Positions 41,554 through 50,205 of a stretch of DNA of 64,000 nucleotides are shown in pieces. Position 1 is the first letter of the stretch. Each line of letters begins with the position of its first letter. The position numbers were made by a program, and so were the translations under genes. Source of the DNA: Patescibacteria group bacterium (GTDB taxonomy: Bacteria > Patescibacteriota > Microgenomatia > UBA1400 > PJMF01); NCBI GenBank assembly GCA_049322655.1, contig JBMORP010000006.1, positions 13,863 through 77,862 on the forward strand. The letters are read 5' to 3'. The notes beneath the pieces are model-generated. The model saw nothing but the letters and a program-made list of their open reading frames with translations. It was not told the DNA's origin and searched no databases.

Positions 41554-42072
41554 ATGTCTACTCTCCCCAGAGTTCATGTTGTTAATGATGAAGAAGCCAA
41601 GGGTGAGGTCAAAGCACTTTTTGAAAAAATGATTGAACAAAAAGGCGGAGTGCCTAAATGGATGGGCGTGATGGCTAATTGTGGTGATGTGTTAATGGGT
41701 TTTTTTGCTTTATTTAAAGCAACCATGGATGATTCTCCGCTTAGTGCTGAATTAAAGTGGCGGATTGCTTATCATATTTCTGAACTCAATAAGTGTGAGT
41801 TTTGTGTCAGTGTGTCAGAAATGCAGTTAGAGCAATTTGGACTGAGCAAAGAGGAAATGAAGTTGATTAGACAAGCAGCTACAGGAAGAGATGCTTTGGC
41901 TATGGAGTATGCTGAGGCAGTTAATGATCATGCTTATAAAATCGATCCAGCTTTGTTGGAAAAAGTAAAACTAGCTTTTTCTGATGAAGAGTTGGTTGAG
42001 TTAACTAGTGTGGTTGGTTTGTTCAACTTTATTAACAGATTTAACGACGCTTTGGGGGTTTTACCAGATTAG
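41554..42072 (+). CDS. Carboxymuconolactone decarboxylase / AhpD-like peroxidase
   Basis: SELNKCEFC (CxxC), FSDEELVEL, NRFNDAL. Confidence 0.88.
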   Translation: MSTLPRVHVVNDEEAKGEVKALFEKMIEQKGGVPKWMGVMANCGDVLMGFFALFKATMDDSPLSAELKWRIAYHISELNKCEFCVSVSEMQLEQFGLSKEEMKLIRQAATGRDALAMEYAEAVNDHAYKIDPALLEKVKLAFSDEELVELTSVVGLFNFINRFNDALGVLPD

Positions 42073-42097
42073 AAAAATAACTTTATCCGAGTTTTGC

Positions 42098-42124
42098 AAA
42101 AACCAGCCTAGTGGCTGGTTTTTG
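42098..42124. terminator. Bidirectional terminator
   Basis: AAAAACCAGCC-TAGT-GGCTGGTTTTT. Confidence 0.8.
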
Positions 42125-42159
42125 GTGTTTTTGTGTTTAGGACTAGTTAGGTCCCTTAG

Positions 42160-42233
42160 TGAGTCAGGTGGGACTCGAACCCACGACATTCTGCTTAAGA
42201 GGCAGACGCTCTAACCGACTGAGCTACTGACCC
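42160..42233 (-). tRNA. tRNA-Lys(CTT)
   Basis: Minus-strand cloverleaf GGGTCAG…; anticodon arm TCTGC-CTCTTAA-GCAGA. Confidence 0.95.
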
Positions 42234-42327
42234 AGAGCTCAATGGCTCGTATTCTACTGTCTTTTACTAAAAATTTCCAGAGTTTATCCTTAGCGCTCTT
42301 AGATTTTTTAATCTATAATTTTATTTA

Positions 42328-43233
42328 ATGTTGGAATCACAAGAACCAGTTGACCAAGCTTCGATTGTCTTAGAAAAAGAAGTAAAAGAAAACCCAGCCC
42401 TTCCTCCTGATGATGAATTGCTCAAGACTGTTTTACTTGGTTTAGCAGAGAGAATGCATAAGATTGGTTTGGTTGAAGATTTAAACTACTTAATTGAAGC
42501 CTTGATTGAAGCGGAAACTACCTATCTTCACCATTCAGCTGATTCTGGAGAGTCTTTTTATGATGTTTTTTATAAAAGTTTTTTTGGCAAAGTAAAAGGA
42601 AAAACTACTGATCAGAAGATAATTAACTTGTTAAGACTTTCCTTAGAGGACGCTTTGGAAATTTTTAATCAATTTAGAGGTAAAAACAAAGATTTTTTAA
42701 CTCAATTACCCAATAGACAAGCTCTTGAGGGAGATTATCAAGATTTTATTCAAAGAAGAAGATCTGAAGACAATAACCAAGAATTTTCTTTAATAGTAGT
42801 TGATATTGACGATTTTAAGAAAGTAAATGATGAACATGGTCATTTGGCTGGTGATATGGTCCTGAAGTTTGTTGCTGATTCTTTACAAAAATTATGTCGA
42901 AGAACTGATGGTGTTTACCGATATGGTGGTGAAGAGTTTGTGATTATTGCTCATGGTAATGAGGAAGAAATAGAAAAATTAATGGTTAGAATTTTGGAAT
43001 TTTTTAGAACAACAGAGATAGACCTTGAAGAATTAAGTCATGGTCAGGGTAAAAGATTTAAAAATTTAAAATTAAGAAAAACAGTCAGTTTGGGTGCTAT
43101 TTCTAGTAAGAGAGTTAGTAACTTAAATTTTGCCAATCACTTCGATTTAGCAGATGTTGCTCTTTATTCAGCTAAAGAAGGTGGTCGCAATCAATATATC
43201 CAAAATTTAGTAGGGGCAATCTTTAATAGTTAA
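42328..43233 (+). CDS. GGDEF-domain diguanylate cyclase
   Basis: DFLTQLPNR, DIDDFKKVNDEHGHLAGD, RYGGEEF, ALYSAKEGGRN. Confidence 0.93.
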   Translation: MLESQEPVDQASIVLEKEVKENPALPPDDELLKTVLLGLAERMHKIGLVEDLNYLIEALIEAETTYLHHSADSGESFYDVFYKSFFGKVKGKTTDQKIINLLRLSLEDALEIFNQFRGKNKDFLTQLPNRQALEGDYQDFIQRRRSEDNNQEFSLIVVDIDDFKKVNDEHGHLAGDMVLKFVADSLQKLCRRTDGVYRYGGEEFVIIAHGNEEEIEKLMVRILEFFRTTEIDLEELSHGQGKRFKNLKLRKTVSLGAISSKRVSNLNFANHFDLADVALYSAKEGGRNQYIQNLVGAIFNS

Positions 43234-43236
43234 AAG

Positions 43237-43310
43237 TGCCCCAGGAGGGATTCGAACCCCCGACGCCAGGTTCCGAAGACCTGCGCTCTAATCCACTGAG
43301 CTACTGAGGC
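43237..43310 (-). tRNA. tRNA-Arg(TCG)
   Basis: Minus-strand cloverleaf GCCTCAG…; anticodon arm CAGGT-CTTCGGA-ACCTG. Confidence 0.93.
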
Positions 43311-43440
43311 AGTAGTTGGAGTTATTGTAACACTTGTTAGGTTTTTTGCTAAGAAATTTTATTTCAGTTAATTAGTCAAAAACTAAACCCAAATAAAAGC
43401 TTAAAAAAAACTGAAAAGTAGTTTATACTCACACAGTAGT

Positions 43441-44154
43441 ATGGCTATAAACTACTACCCCCTCATTAATAAAATAATTTCCACTTTGGGCATCAAAGAT
43501 CGTTTACTTCAAGAAATCCCTGAAGATCATTTTTTTGCTCGACCGTTTATTACTATTGCTCGAGAACCAGGCAGTGGTGGTTTACCAATTGCCAAAGAGC
43601 TAGGAAAAAGGTTAGGCTTTGAAGTTCATGATGAAATGATTATTGATAAGGTTGCTGAATCAACCCAAAAGCGTCGAGCAATTATTCGTAAAATCGATGA
43701 AAAAAGTAGAACTTATTTGGAAGATTTAATTCATTCTGCGTTAAATCCCAATTATGTTGATGAGAACACCTACATTAAAGAGTTGAGCAAAGTGATTATG
43801 TTATTAGCTCATGAGGGCAATAACATAATTGTTGGTAGAGGAGCTAATTTTGTTACGCCTTTTTCTAAGGGTTTACACGTTAATATTGTGGCTCCTTACA
43901 AATTAAGAGTATTAAGAGCGATGAAGCATGAAGATTACACTGAAGAAAAAGCCAAACGAGTAATTGCCCACTACGAAAAAGAGCGTCGTGATTTTGTGAA
44001 GAAATATTTTCGCCAGGATTTAAACAGTCGTAATGCTTATGACTTAACGCTCAATACAACCCACTACACGATTGAGGAAGCTGCCAAAGTGATTGAAGTT
44101 GCCTTCAGAAGAAAATTCCCAGCTTGGCAAAGAATTAAATCTTCGCTGTTTTAA
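43441..44154 (+). CDS. Cytidylate kinase-like family protein
   Basis: ITIAREPGSGG P-loop, IIVGRGA, YDLTLNT. Confidence 0.88.
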   Translation: MAINYYPLINKIISTLGIKDRLLQEIPEDHFFARPFITIAREPGSGGLPIAKELGKRLGFEVHDEMIIDKVAESTQKRRAIIRKIDEKSRTYLEDLIHSALNPNYVDENTYIKELSKVIMLLAHEGNNIIVGRGANFVTPFSKGLHVNIVAPYKLRVLRAMKHEDYTEEKAKRVIAHYEKERRDFVKKYFRQDLNSRNAYDLTLNTTHYTIEEAAKVIEVAFRRKFPAWQRIKSSLF

Positions 44155-44179
44155 ATTTAGTTTATAATAGCTAAATATT

Positions 44180-44263
44180 GCCAGAGTGCTGGAATTGGTA
44201 GACAGGCTAGTATCAGGAACTAGTGCTCTTTCGAGTGTGAGGGTTCAAGTCCCTCCTCTGGCA
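44180..44263 (+). tRNA. tRNA-Leu(CAG)
   Basis: Long variable arm; CTAGT-ATCAGGA-ACTAG. Confidence 0.93.
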
Positions 44264-44361
44264 CTAGCACATTTAAATATAAAAACTCGGTTTTTCACTT
44301 TGACCAAGTTGTTATATAATGTCAGTCTTGTGAGTGATCACGTCCTTTAAAACTAAACAAT

Positions 44362-44435
44362 GCGAGAATAGCTCAGTTGGCTAGAGCGTCTCCTTGCCAA
44401 GGAGAAGGTCGCGGGTTCGAGTCCCGTTTCTCGCT
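44362..44435 (+). tRNA. tRNA-Gly(GCC)
   Basis: TCTCC-TTGCCAA-GGAGA anticodon arm. Confidence 0.96.
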
Positions 44436-44452
44436 CAGCGTGTGCAAAATAA

Positions 44453-44537
44453 GCCCAGGTGGCGGAACTGGTAGACGCGCAGTCTTGAGGTGGCTGTGGA
44501 GCAATCCGTGGAGGTTCAAGTCCTCTCCTGGGCACCA
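44453..44537 (+). tRNA. tRNA-Leu(GAG)
   Basis: Long variable arm; CAGTC-TTGAGGT-GGCTG; encoded CCA. Confidence 0.94.
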
Positions 44538-44546
44538 CCATCCTTT

Positions 44547-44620
44547 GGACTCGTAGCTCAGTTGGTTAGAGCGTTCGGTTTACATCCGAAAGGTCAGAGG
44601 TTCGAGCCCTCTCGGGTCCA
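44547..44620 (+). tRNA. tRNA-Val(TAC)
   Basis: TTCGG-TTTACAT-CCGAA anticodon arm. Confidence 0.94.
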
Positions 44621-44638
44621 CTTCTTTTGTGCAAACAC

Positions 44639-44711
44639 GCCAAGCTAGCCAAGTTGGTCACGGCACATGTCTGAAAAACATGGGATTGAGGTTCGATTCC
44701 TCAGCTTGGCA
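44639..44711 (+). tRNA. tRNA-Phe(GAA)
   Basis: CATGT-CTGAAAA-ACATG anticodon arm. Confidence 0.93.
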
Positions 44712-44713
44712 CT

Positions 44714-44749
44714 AAAACCCTTTACTCGTTTGTAGTATGGGGTTTTTTT
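44714..44749 (+). terminator. Terminator after the tRNA cluster
   Basis: AAAACCC…TACT…AGTA…GGGGTTTTTTT. Confidence 0.65.
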
Positions 44750-44788
44750 ATGGCTTTTAATTATCTAATTGCTTGCTTGGAACTCTAC

Positions 44789-44941
44789 CTATTTTTTACC
44801 AACTAAAGAGGCAAATATTTCTCTAATAAAATCAATCACAAACTTGAAAGTATAGGCACCAATCCTGACTACATAAGTCATGGTGGCTTCCAAACCTTGG
44901 GCAAAAATCTTATTACGTTGTAAGCGACTTGATTCTGACAT
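44789..44941 (-). CDS. 50-aa small protein (not in the ORF track)
   Basis: MSESSRLQRNKIFAQGLEATMTYVVRIGAYTFKFVIDFIREIFASLVGKK; ATG 2 nt after the stop of the AI-2E gene. Confidence 0.6.
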   Translation of the reverse strand: MSESSRLQRNKIFAQGLEATMTYVVRIGAYTFKFVIDFIREIFASLVGKK

Positions 44942-44943
44942 AA

Positions 44944-45972
44944 TTATTCATTATTTTTATATAAAATTTTATTTCTCCACAGTGAATAAGTAGCTCTAAT
45001 AATGATATAGACTGGGATTGCTAACAAACCTCCTACCACTCCTCCTAGTTGGAAACCGACCAAGACACAAAGCATCGAGACCAAGGGATTAACTTTAGCA
45101 TTAGCACTCATGATTTTGGGGACTAATAGATTATTCTCTAGTTGTTGAATTAGGACATAAACTAAAACAGTGGCTCCGGCCATAGGAAAGCCATAAGCTA
45201 CGTACGCCAAAACTACTCCTGGGACAGCAGAAATAAATGGTCCCAAATTCGGCAAAATTTCCAAAAAGCCAGCGAGAATAGCCAGAGGTAGAGCAAATGG
45301 AACTTTTAACATCATTAGACCAAAGTAGGTTGCAATAGCAATGACCACCATAAGAATTAACTGTCCTCTAACCCAGCCTCCAAGTTGTTTTTCAAGATCA
45401 TCAATAAATTCTTTAGCAGTTACCAAATGTTCATTTTTATTAGTAAACCAAGCTACTTTTTTATGTAAATTTGGTCTGTCTAACAACATATAAAAAGACA
45501 TAATTAGTAAAGTGACAAAAGTAAAAATACCTGTAAAGGTACCAGTAACTGCGCTAATTAAGAAGTTAACTGAGGAACTAAATTGATTGGCTAAGTTACC
45601 AATCTCTGAGAAGGAAAACTCCATTTTAGAGAACTGTTCTTGAAGATAAGGCAGGTTAATGGTTTTCAAAAAATGGATAATTTCAGTAATCAACGGTGGT
45701 AAGACCAAGGCTGTAGCAGAAACAATCACGATGATAAACAAAACATAGACTAAAATCATACTAATAGCTCTAGGCATTTTGAAGTATTTTTGGAAACGAG
45801 TTACGGCTGGGTTTAAAGCTACCATTAAAATAAAAGATAATAGTAATAACAGGAGAATGTTATTAATCGAGGCCATAAACTTTAAAGCCCCTATGACAGC
45901 TAGGGTAAAAATCACGATTGAGGGGCTAATTGATATTTGGGTTTTGTTTTTTGCGGTAGGCCAATCAAACAT
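44944..45972 (-). CDS. AI-2E family transporter
   Basis: ALNPAV, WVRGQL, ILPNLGP, QQLENNLLVPKIM, GGLLAIP. Confidence 0.92.
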   Translation of the reverse strand: MFDWPTAKNKTQISISPSIVIFTLAVIGALKFMASINNILLLLLLSFILMVALNPAVTRFQKYFKMPRAISMILVYVLFIIVIVSATALVLPPLITEIIHFLKTINLPYLQEQFSKMEFSFSEIGNLANQFSSSVNFLISAVTGTFTGIFTFVTLLIMSFYMLLDRPNLHKKVAWFTNKNEHLVTAKEFIDDLEKQLGGWVRGQLILMVVIAIATYFGLMMLKVPFALPLAILAGFLEILPNLGPFISAVPGVVLAYVAYGFPMAGATVLVYVLIQQLENNLLVPKIMSANAKVNPLVSMLCVLVGFQLGGVVGGLLAIPVYIIIRATYSLWRNKILYKNNE

Positions 45973-46014
45973 AGTAAAATGTAGTATAGAATATCAGCCT
46001 AGGAGTGGGAAGAG

Positions 46015-46560
46015 TTAAAGATTTTTAATTAAAGTTCTTAGAAATTCTGATTTAGAGGTTTTGTTGTTATCTGCTAATTTTTTAAGTTTTTCATCTATTT
46101 TTTCTGAAATTAAGAAGTTAAATCTTTTTAGTTTTTCTATTTTAGTGCTATTAATTAATTTGGGCAGTTCTTTTTTTAATTCTTCTGTTTTTTTATAAGG
46201 GAAAAAGGTAAACTTTCGAAAGTTTTCTAAAAAAACCGAGATATTAGGAGTAGCATCTGACCTAGATACGGCAATGACTGGTTTATTTAAAGTTAAAGCC
46301 TCATGAATTAAATAGCCAACACTAATACTTTCATGAGTTGCTTCAGAAAGGACCAGGTCTGTTTTTCTAATTTTTTTAATAATATTTTTATGAAATTTAA
46401 TATTTTTTTCTAGAGACTGAGAAAGAGATTCTGGGCTTTCTTTTAAGATATGTTCGTAAAATACTTCATGACCCAGATCTTTTAGTAGTCCAATAATAGA
46501 TAGATAAAAGAATTTTTGTTTGGCTTTACCGTTAATTGATGCGACCAAAATTATCTTCAC
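46015..46560 (-). CDS. Nucleoside 2-deoxyribosyltransferase-like domain fused to a C-terminal ribbon-helix-helix
   Basis: KIILVAS…DLVLSEATHESISVGYLI…NKPVI; C-terminal KRFNFLISEKIDEKLKKLA…SKSEFLRTLI; GTG overlaps the helicase TGA. Confidence 0.7.
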   Translation of the reverse strand: MKIILVASINGKAKQKFFYLSIIGLLKDLGHEVFYEHILKESPESLSQSLEKNIKFHKNIIKKIRKTDLVLSEATHESISVGYLIHEALTLNKPVIAVSRSDATPNISVFLENFRKFTFFPYKKTEELKKELPKLINSTKIEKLKRFNFLISEKIDEKLKKLADNNKTSKSEFLRTLIKNL

Positions 46561-49500
46561 TGCCAAGCTTCCCTCAACTCTTTCACTACATCTTTAATTA
46601 GTTTTTCCAAAGCCTTTACATCTTCATTCAACAACTCAAAATTTCTAGTCACAATTTTGCTAGAGTTATTTGGTTCTAAGAACTCAAATTCACCACTGAC
46701 CACTTCATACGGAAAAGATTTATCTAGTTTGGTTAATAGTTTGTAGAATAATAGTTGGCGTTTATATGGACCACGAATATTTTCTGGTAATGTTCTTTCT
46801 CGTTCAGATAGTTTGGCATTAGCAGTTTTGCCTTCAATTTCATTAGCACTTTTGACTTTACCAGTTTTGTAGTCGATTACTTTGACTTGTTTTTGTTCGA
46901 TACTATGCCAGTCAATTCGGTCAATTCTTCCAGTCAAAGCAATATCATCAATTATGACTTTTTGTTTACCACTGCCGAAGAACCGTTCGATAAATAATGG
47001 ATTTGGATTTTTATTTGCTAACTCTAAGTAGTAGCGGTCTAACACTTCATAGCCATATTTAAGACGATTAAATTGTTCTGATGGTTCTAAAATTTCTTTT
47101 TCTAAGGCTAACTCAAACTGCTTTTTTAGATCATTCAAAGTTGGATATTGGCCTGTTTGTTGGAAAGTTTTGTAAAGAAACTCCATGGTGTTATGCATGG
47201 CAGTTCCAAAAGCCAACTGAGGAATCTTGGCTCTGGGAATTCTAAGAAGAGTATTATGTAAAAATTCTTCTGGATTACGTAGATAAGTATTCAAAGCAGT
47301 GACTGACCAGCGGAAGTTAGTTAGCAACCAGTTGAGGTAAAGTTTTTCTTTTTCACCAGTAATGAGAACATCTGGGGTGGGATTTGGTTTGAGGATTTTG
47401 GTTAGGTATTGGGCTGAGTTTTCTTCATTTAACTCACTCGCTAATTTTTGCCAGGTTTGTTGGTTATTAGTTTCTTGGACTTCTATCAGAAACATGCTAG
47501 GGACTACATCACGGCTATGTCCTTCCGTAATAACTGTATCTGGGTGAGAAATGACTATTTGGTTTTTAGCTCGAGTTAGAGCTACATAGAATAAACGGCG
47601 TTCATCTTCATTGCGTTCTTTAGTATCAAGATTAGTGTTTTTTAAGATTTCTACAGGTAGTTTAATAAGTTCTCTTTTTCGGTTATTACCCCACTTTTTA
47701 TCAAGACATTGGTATAAAAAAACATTTTCCCATTCTCTGCCTTTAGCTTTATGAACAGTTGATAAATGGACAGCTTGTTTGCGGACATTGAGATCTTCGA
47801 TGGTAATTTGTAGGTTATGTTCTTCAATCAAAGCGAGAGTTTTTAGTAAATCAACTAGTTTAAATTGGTGATTATGATTAACCAATTTTTTAATTTCACT
47901 AAACAAAGAGTTTAAAACGGTAATGCCATAAATTTTTCCTGGTTGGTTAATAATCCATGGTAGTAAACCAGATTCTTGAATAACTTGTTCAAAAAAAGCA
48001 GGAAAAGTTTTATTCGCATCAGCACTGTCCCAGTTTTTAAGGTTATTAAGATAGTTTTTAAGGGGGATTAATTCTAAAGGAGTAATTTCATGGCCTGGGT
48101 GAAGTTTGTTAATTGCTGTTAAATCTTGTTCGATTAGATCTAAGAGTGGTAGTTTAGTTTTACCGGCTGCTCTTGCTAGTTTTAGAACCACATCTTTTTC
48201 CCAAGCAAAAGTATTTTTTAACCAATCATATTGTAGAGTTTCATAAAGTAGTTCAGTTTCTTCACCAGTTCTAATCGCGACGATTACTCTGAATAAAGTA
48301 ATCAGTTGGCGAACAATTTCTTCTTTAAGGGCATCTCCTCCACCTTCAACTTCATAAGGAATCTGCCAATTGTCAAATACCTCAACCAAAGTATGTCTGT
48401 CAGCATTGTGACGATATAGAACCGAGATTTCATGAGCTGGGACAGCTTGGTCCAAAAGTTGTTTGATTTGCTCGGCAATTTGAACAGCTTCTAATACTTG
48501 TGATGAAGCTGTTATTAAATTAATTTTATTGCCTTTGCCATGAGGACTTTTAAGATTATTAACTAAGGAGATTTTTTTATTACTAAGTTCAATTGCTAGC
48601 TTGTTATGACTAATAACAGCTGTGGCGGTATCGTAGATATTTTGTGGACAACGGTAGCCAGTTTCCAAAGTTATTACTGTTGCTTGTGGATACTTATGCA
48701 CAAACTCCAACATGTTTTCTACTGAAGCTCCTTGAAAACGATAAATGGCTTGATTAGGATCTCCTACTACGAAAATATTAGCAGCTTCTTGCCAGTAACT
48801 AGCCAACAAATCAACAACAGTATTTTGCGCAGAGTTAGTATCTTGGTATTCATCAACCAAAAAATAATGAAGGTTTTCTTGATATTCACGTAGTAACAAT
48901 TCATTTTTTTGAAAAGCTTCAACCACTAATACAATCATGTCATCAAAGTCATAGCGCTTACCAGCTCTTAATTTTTGTTGGTAGGTTTTATAAACCTCCA
49001 ACAACTCTTTATTTTTGGCTAACTGTTTTTGATCTTTTTCCCAATCAGTTCTACTCAGTTCTCCAGGTTTTTTACGAGTCCTTTTGCCTGGTTTTGCTGG
49101 TGATGGCTCAGTTGCGATTAAACGTTGTTCCCATTGGTTTAATAGCTCTTGATACTGATAGGGGTTAATGCCTTCTCTTTTAAGATCAGAGATGCCTTTA
49201 ATGGCATCTTTGATGTAAAAAAATGGTGTATTGAGAGGTTTGATTTCTTTTAAATTTAAATTATGAAAAATATCTTCAAAGAATTCATAACGTTCTAAGT
49301 CTGATAAAGGAGTACTATCTCTTTCAATGGGAAAAGCTTCTGGATGATTATCGATTACTTCTTTACAAAAGGCATGGAAAGTAGCAATTTGCACATAATA
49401 ACCAGTTTTACCAATCATTTTGACTAATCTTTCACGCATATTTTTGGCAGCGCTTTCAGTAAAGGTCAAAGCCAAAATACTAGTAGGATTGGTGTCGGTT

Positions 49501-49658
49501 TTTTGCAGAATTTGGGCAATTCTAGCGGTTAAAACTTGGGTTTTACCTGTACCAGGGCCAGCAATCACCATTACTGGACCGTCAATGGTTTCAACTGCTT
49601 TTTTTTGAGCTGGGTTAAGTGCTTGATAGATGCGACTAAAATTTTGATCTTGTGACAT
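46557..49658 (-). CDS. UvrD/PcrA-family helicase with C-terminal PD-(D/E)XK nuclease
   Basis: AGPGTGKT, VDEYQD, VGDPNQAIYRFQGA, STVHKAKGREW, ERRLFYVALTRAK; GRIDRID…IDYKTG. Confidence 0.93.
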   Translation of the reverse strand: MSQDQNFSRIYQALNPAQKKAVETIDGPVMVIAGPGTGKTQVLTARIAQILQKTDTNPTSILALTFTESAAKNMRERLVKMIGKTGYYVQIATFHAFCKEVIDNHPEAFPIERDSTPLSDLERYEFFEDIFHNLNLKEIKPLNTPFFYIKDAIKGISDLKREGINPYQYQELLNQWEQRLIATEPSPAKPGKRTRKKPGELSRTDWEKDQKQLAKNKELLEVYKTYQQKLRAGKRYDFDDMIVLVVEAFQKNELLLREYQENLHYFLVDEYQDTNSAQNTVVDLLASYWQEAANIFVVGDPNQAIYRFQGASVENMLEFVHKYPQATVITLETGYRCPQNIYDTATAVISHNKLAIELSNKKISLVNNLKSPHGKGNKINLITASSQVLEAVQIAEQIKQLLDQAVPAHEISVLYRHNADRHTLVEVFDNWQIPYEVEGGGDALKEEIVRQLITLFRVIVAIRTGEETELLYETLQYDWLKNTFAWEKDVVLKLARAAGKTKLPLLDLIEQDLTAINKLHPGHEITPLELIPLKNYLNNLKNWDSADANKTFPAFFEQVIQESGLLPWIINQPGKIYGITVLNSLFSEIKKLVNHNHQFKLVDLLKTLALIEEHNLQITIEDLNVRKQAVHLSTVHKAKGREWENVFLYQCLDKKWGNNRKRELIKLPVEILKNTNLDTKERNEDERRLFYVALTRAKNQIVISHPDTVITEGHSRDVVPSMFLIEVQETNNQQTWQKLASELNEENSAQYLTKILKPNPTPDVLITGEKEKLYLNWLLTNFRWSVTALNTYLRNPEEFLHNTLLRIPRAKIPQLAFGTAMHNTMEFLYKTFQQTGQYPTLNDLKKQFELALEKEILEPSEQFNRLKYGYEVLDRYYLELANKNPNPLFIERFFGSGKQKVIIDDIALTGRIDRIDWHSIEQKQVKVIDYKTGKVKSANEIEGKTANAKLSERERTLPENIRGPYKRQLLFYKLLTKLDKSFPYEVVSGEFEFLEPNNSSKIVTRNFELLNEDVKALEKLIKDVVKELREAWQ

Positions 49659-49703
49659 CAGTGGTCATTATAGCTGATGGGAAAGTTGGGAACAGGTGAA
49701 AAA

Positions 49704-50198
49704 CTAGGCTTTTTTATTGCGAGTTTTTTTATCAGGAAAATACCAAGCTTGGTCTTTTTGGGCTTGTTGAGTATTTCTAATGGCCACAGCACTCATTGCT
49801 CGGTCAAAGATAGTTACCCAATAGGGTTGTCGTTGGTTAAGTTTAATGTTTCTGGTTTTAATTGCCTCAGGAATATTAGCTGTTTCAACGGAAGTATCAG
49901 TGTAAATAAGTTTTTGAGCATTACGGCAAATGGTTAAACCATTCTCAGCAAAATCAGGATTAATATTGAATTTTTTGGCATACTTTGGGGGAATAATTTG
50001 ATGAATAATTATTTTTCCTCCACAGTTATGTTCGCCAGGAAATTGACAAGAATGTTGATCTCGTTCTTTGATCGCTGTTTTTTGTTTTTCAGAATATGCA
50101 CCCAAACTAACCAGAGTAGCAATAGCTAATAAACCCAAAGGACCAATGAGTTTTCCCCAGTCAAATCTTTCTACCAAGTTTTCTGGATTTTTGGCCAT
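49704..50198 (-). CDS. Membrane-anchored degenerate HNH-like protein
   Basis: N-terminal TM; IKERDQHSCQ…C…IHQIIP…ENGLTICRNAQ. Confidence 0.55.
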   Translation of the reverse strand: MAKNPENLVERFDWGKLIGPLGLLAIATLVSLGAYSEKQKTAIKERDQHSCQFPGEHNCGGKIIIHQIIPPKYAKKFNINPDFAENGLTICRNAQKLIYTDTSVETANIPEAIKTRNIKLNQRQPYWVTIFDRAMSAVAIRNTQQAQKDQAWYFPDKKTRNKKA

Positions 50199-50205
50199 AG
50201 CGATA

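Noticed and set aside
44353-44541. 62-aa minus-strand ORF, and likewise 42008-42214
   Set aside because: These translate across tRNA genes on the opposite strand
46557-50198. Helicase-nuclease plus HNH as a defence system
   Set aside because: The UvrD-PD-(D/E)XK fusion is a usual repair enzyme, each gene has its own -10 box, and no methylase or other defence genes are adjacent
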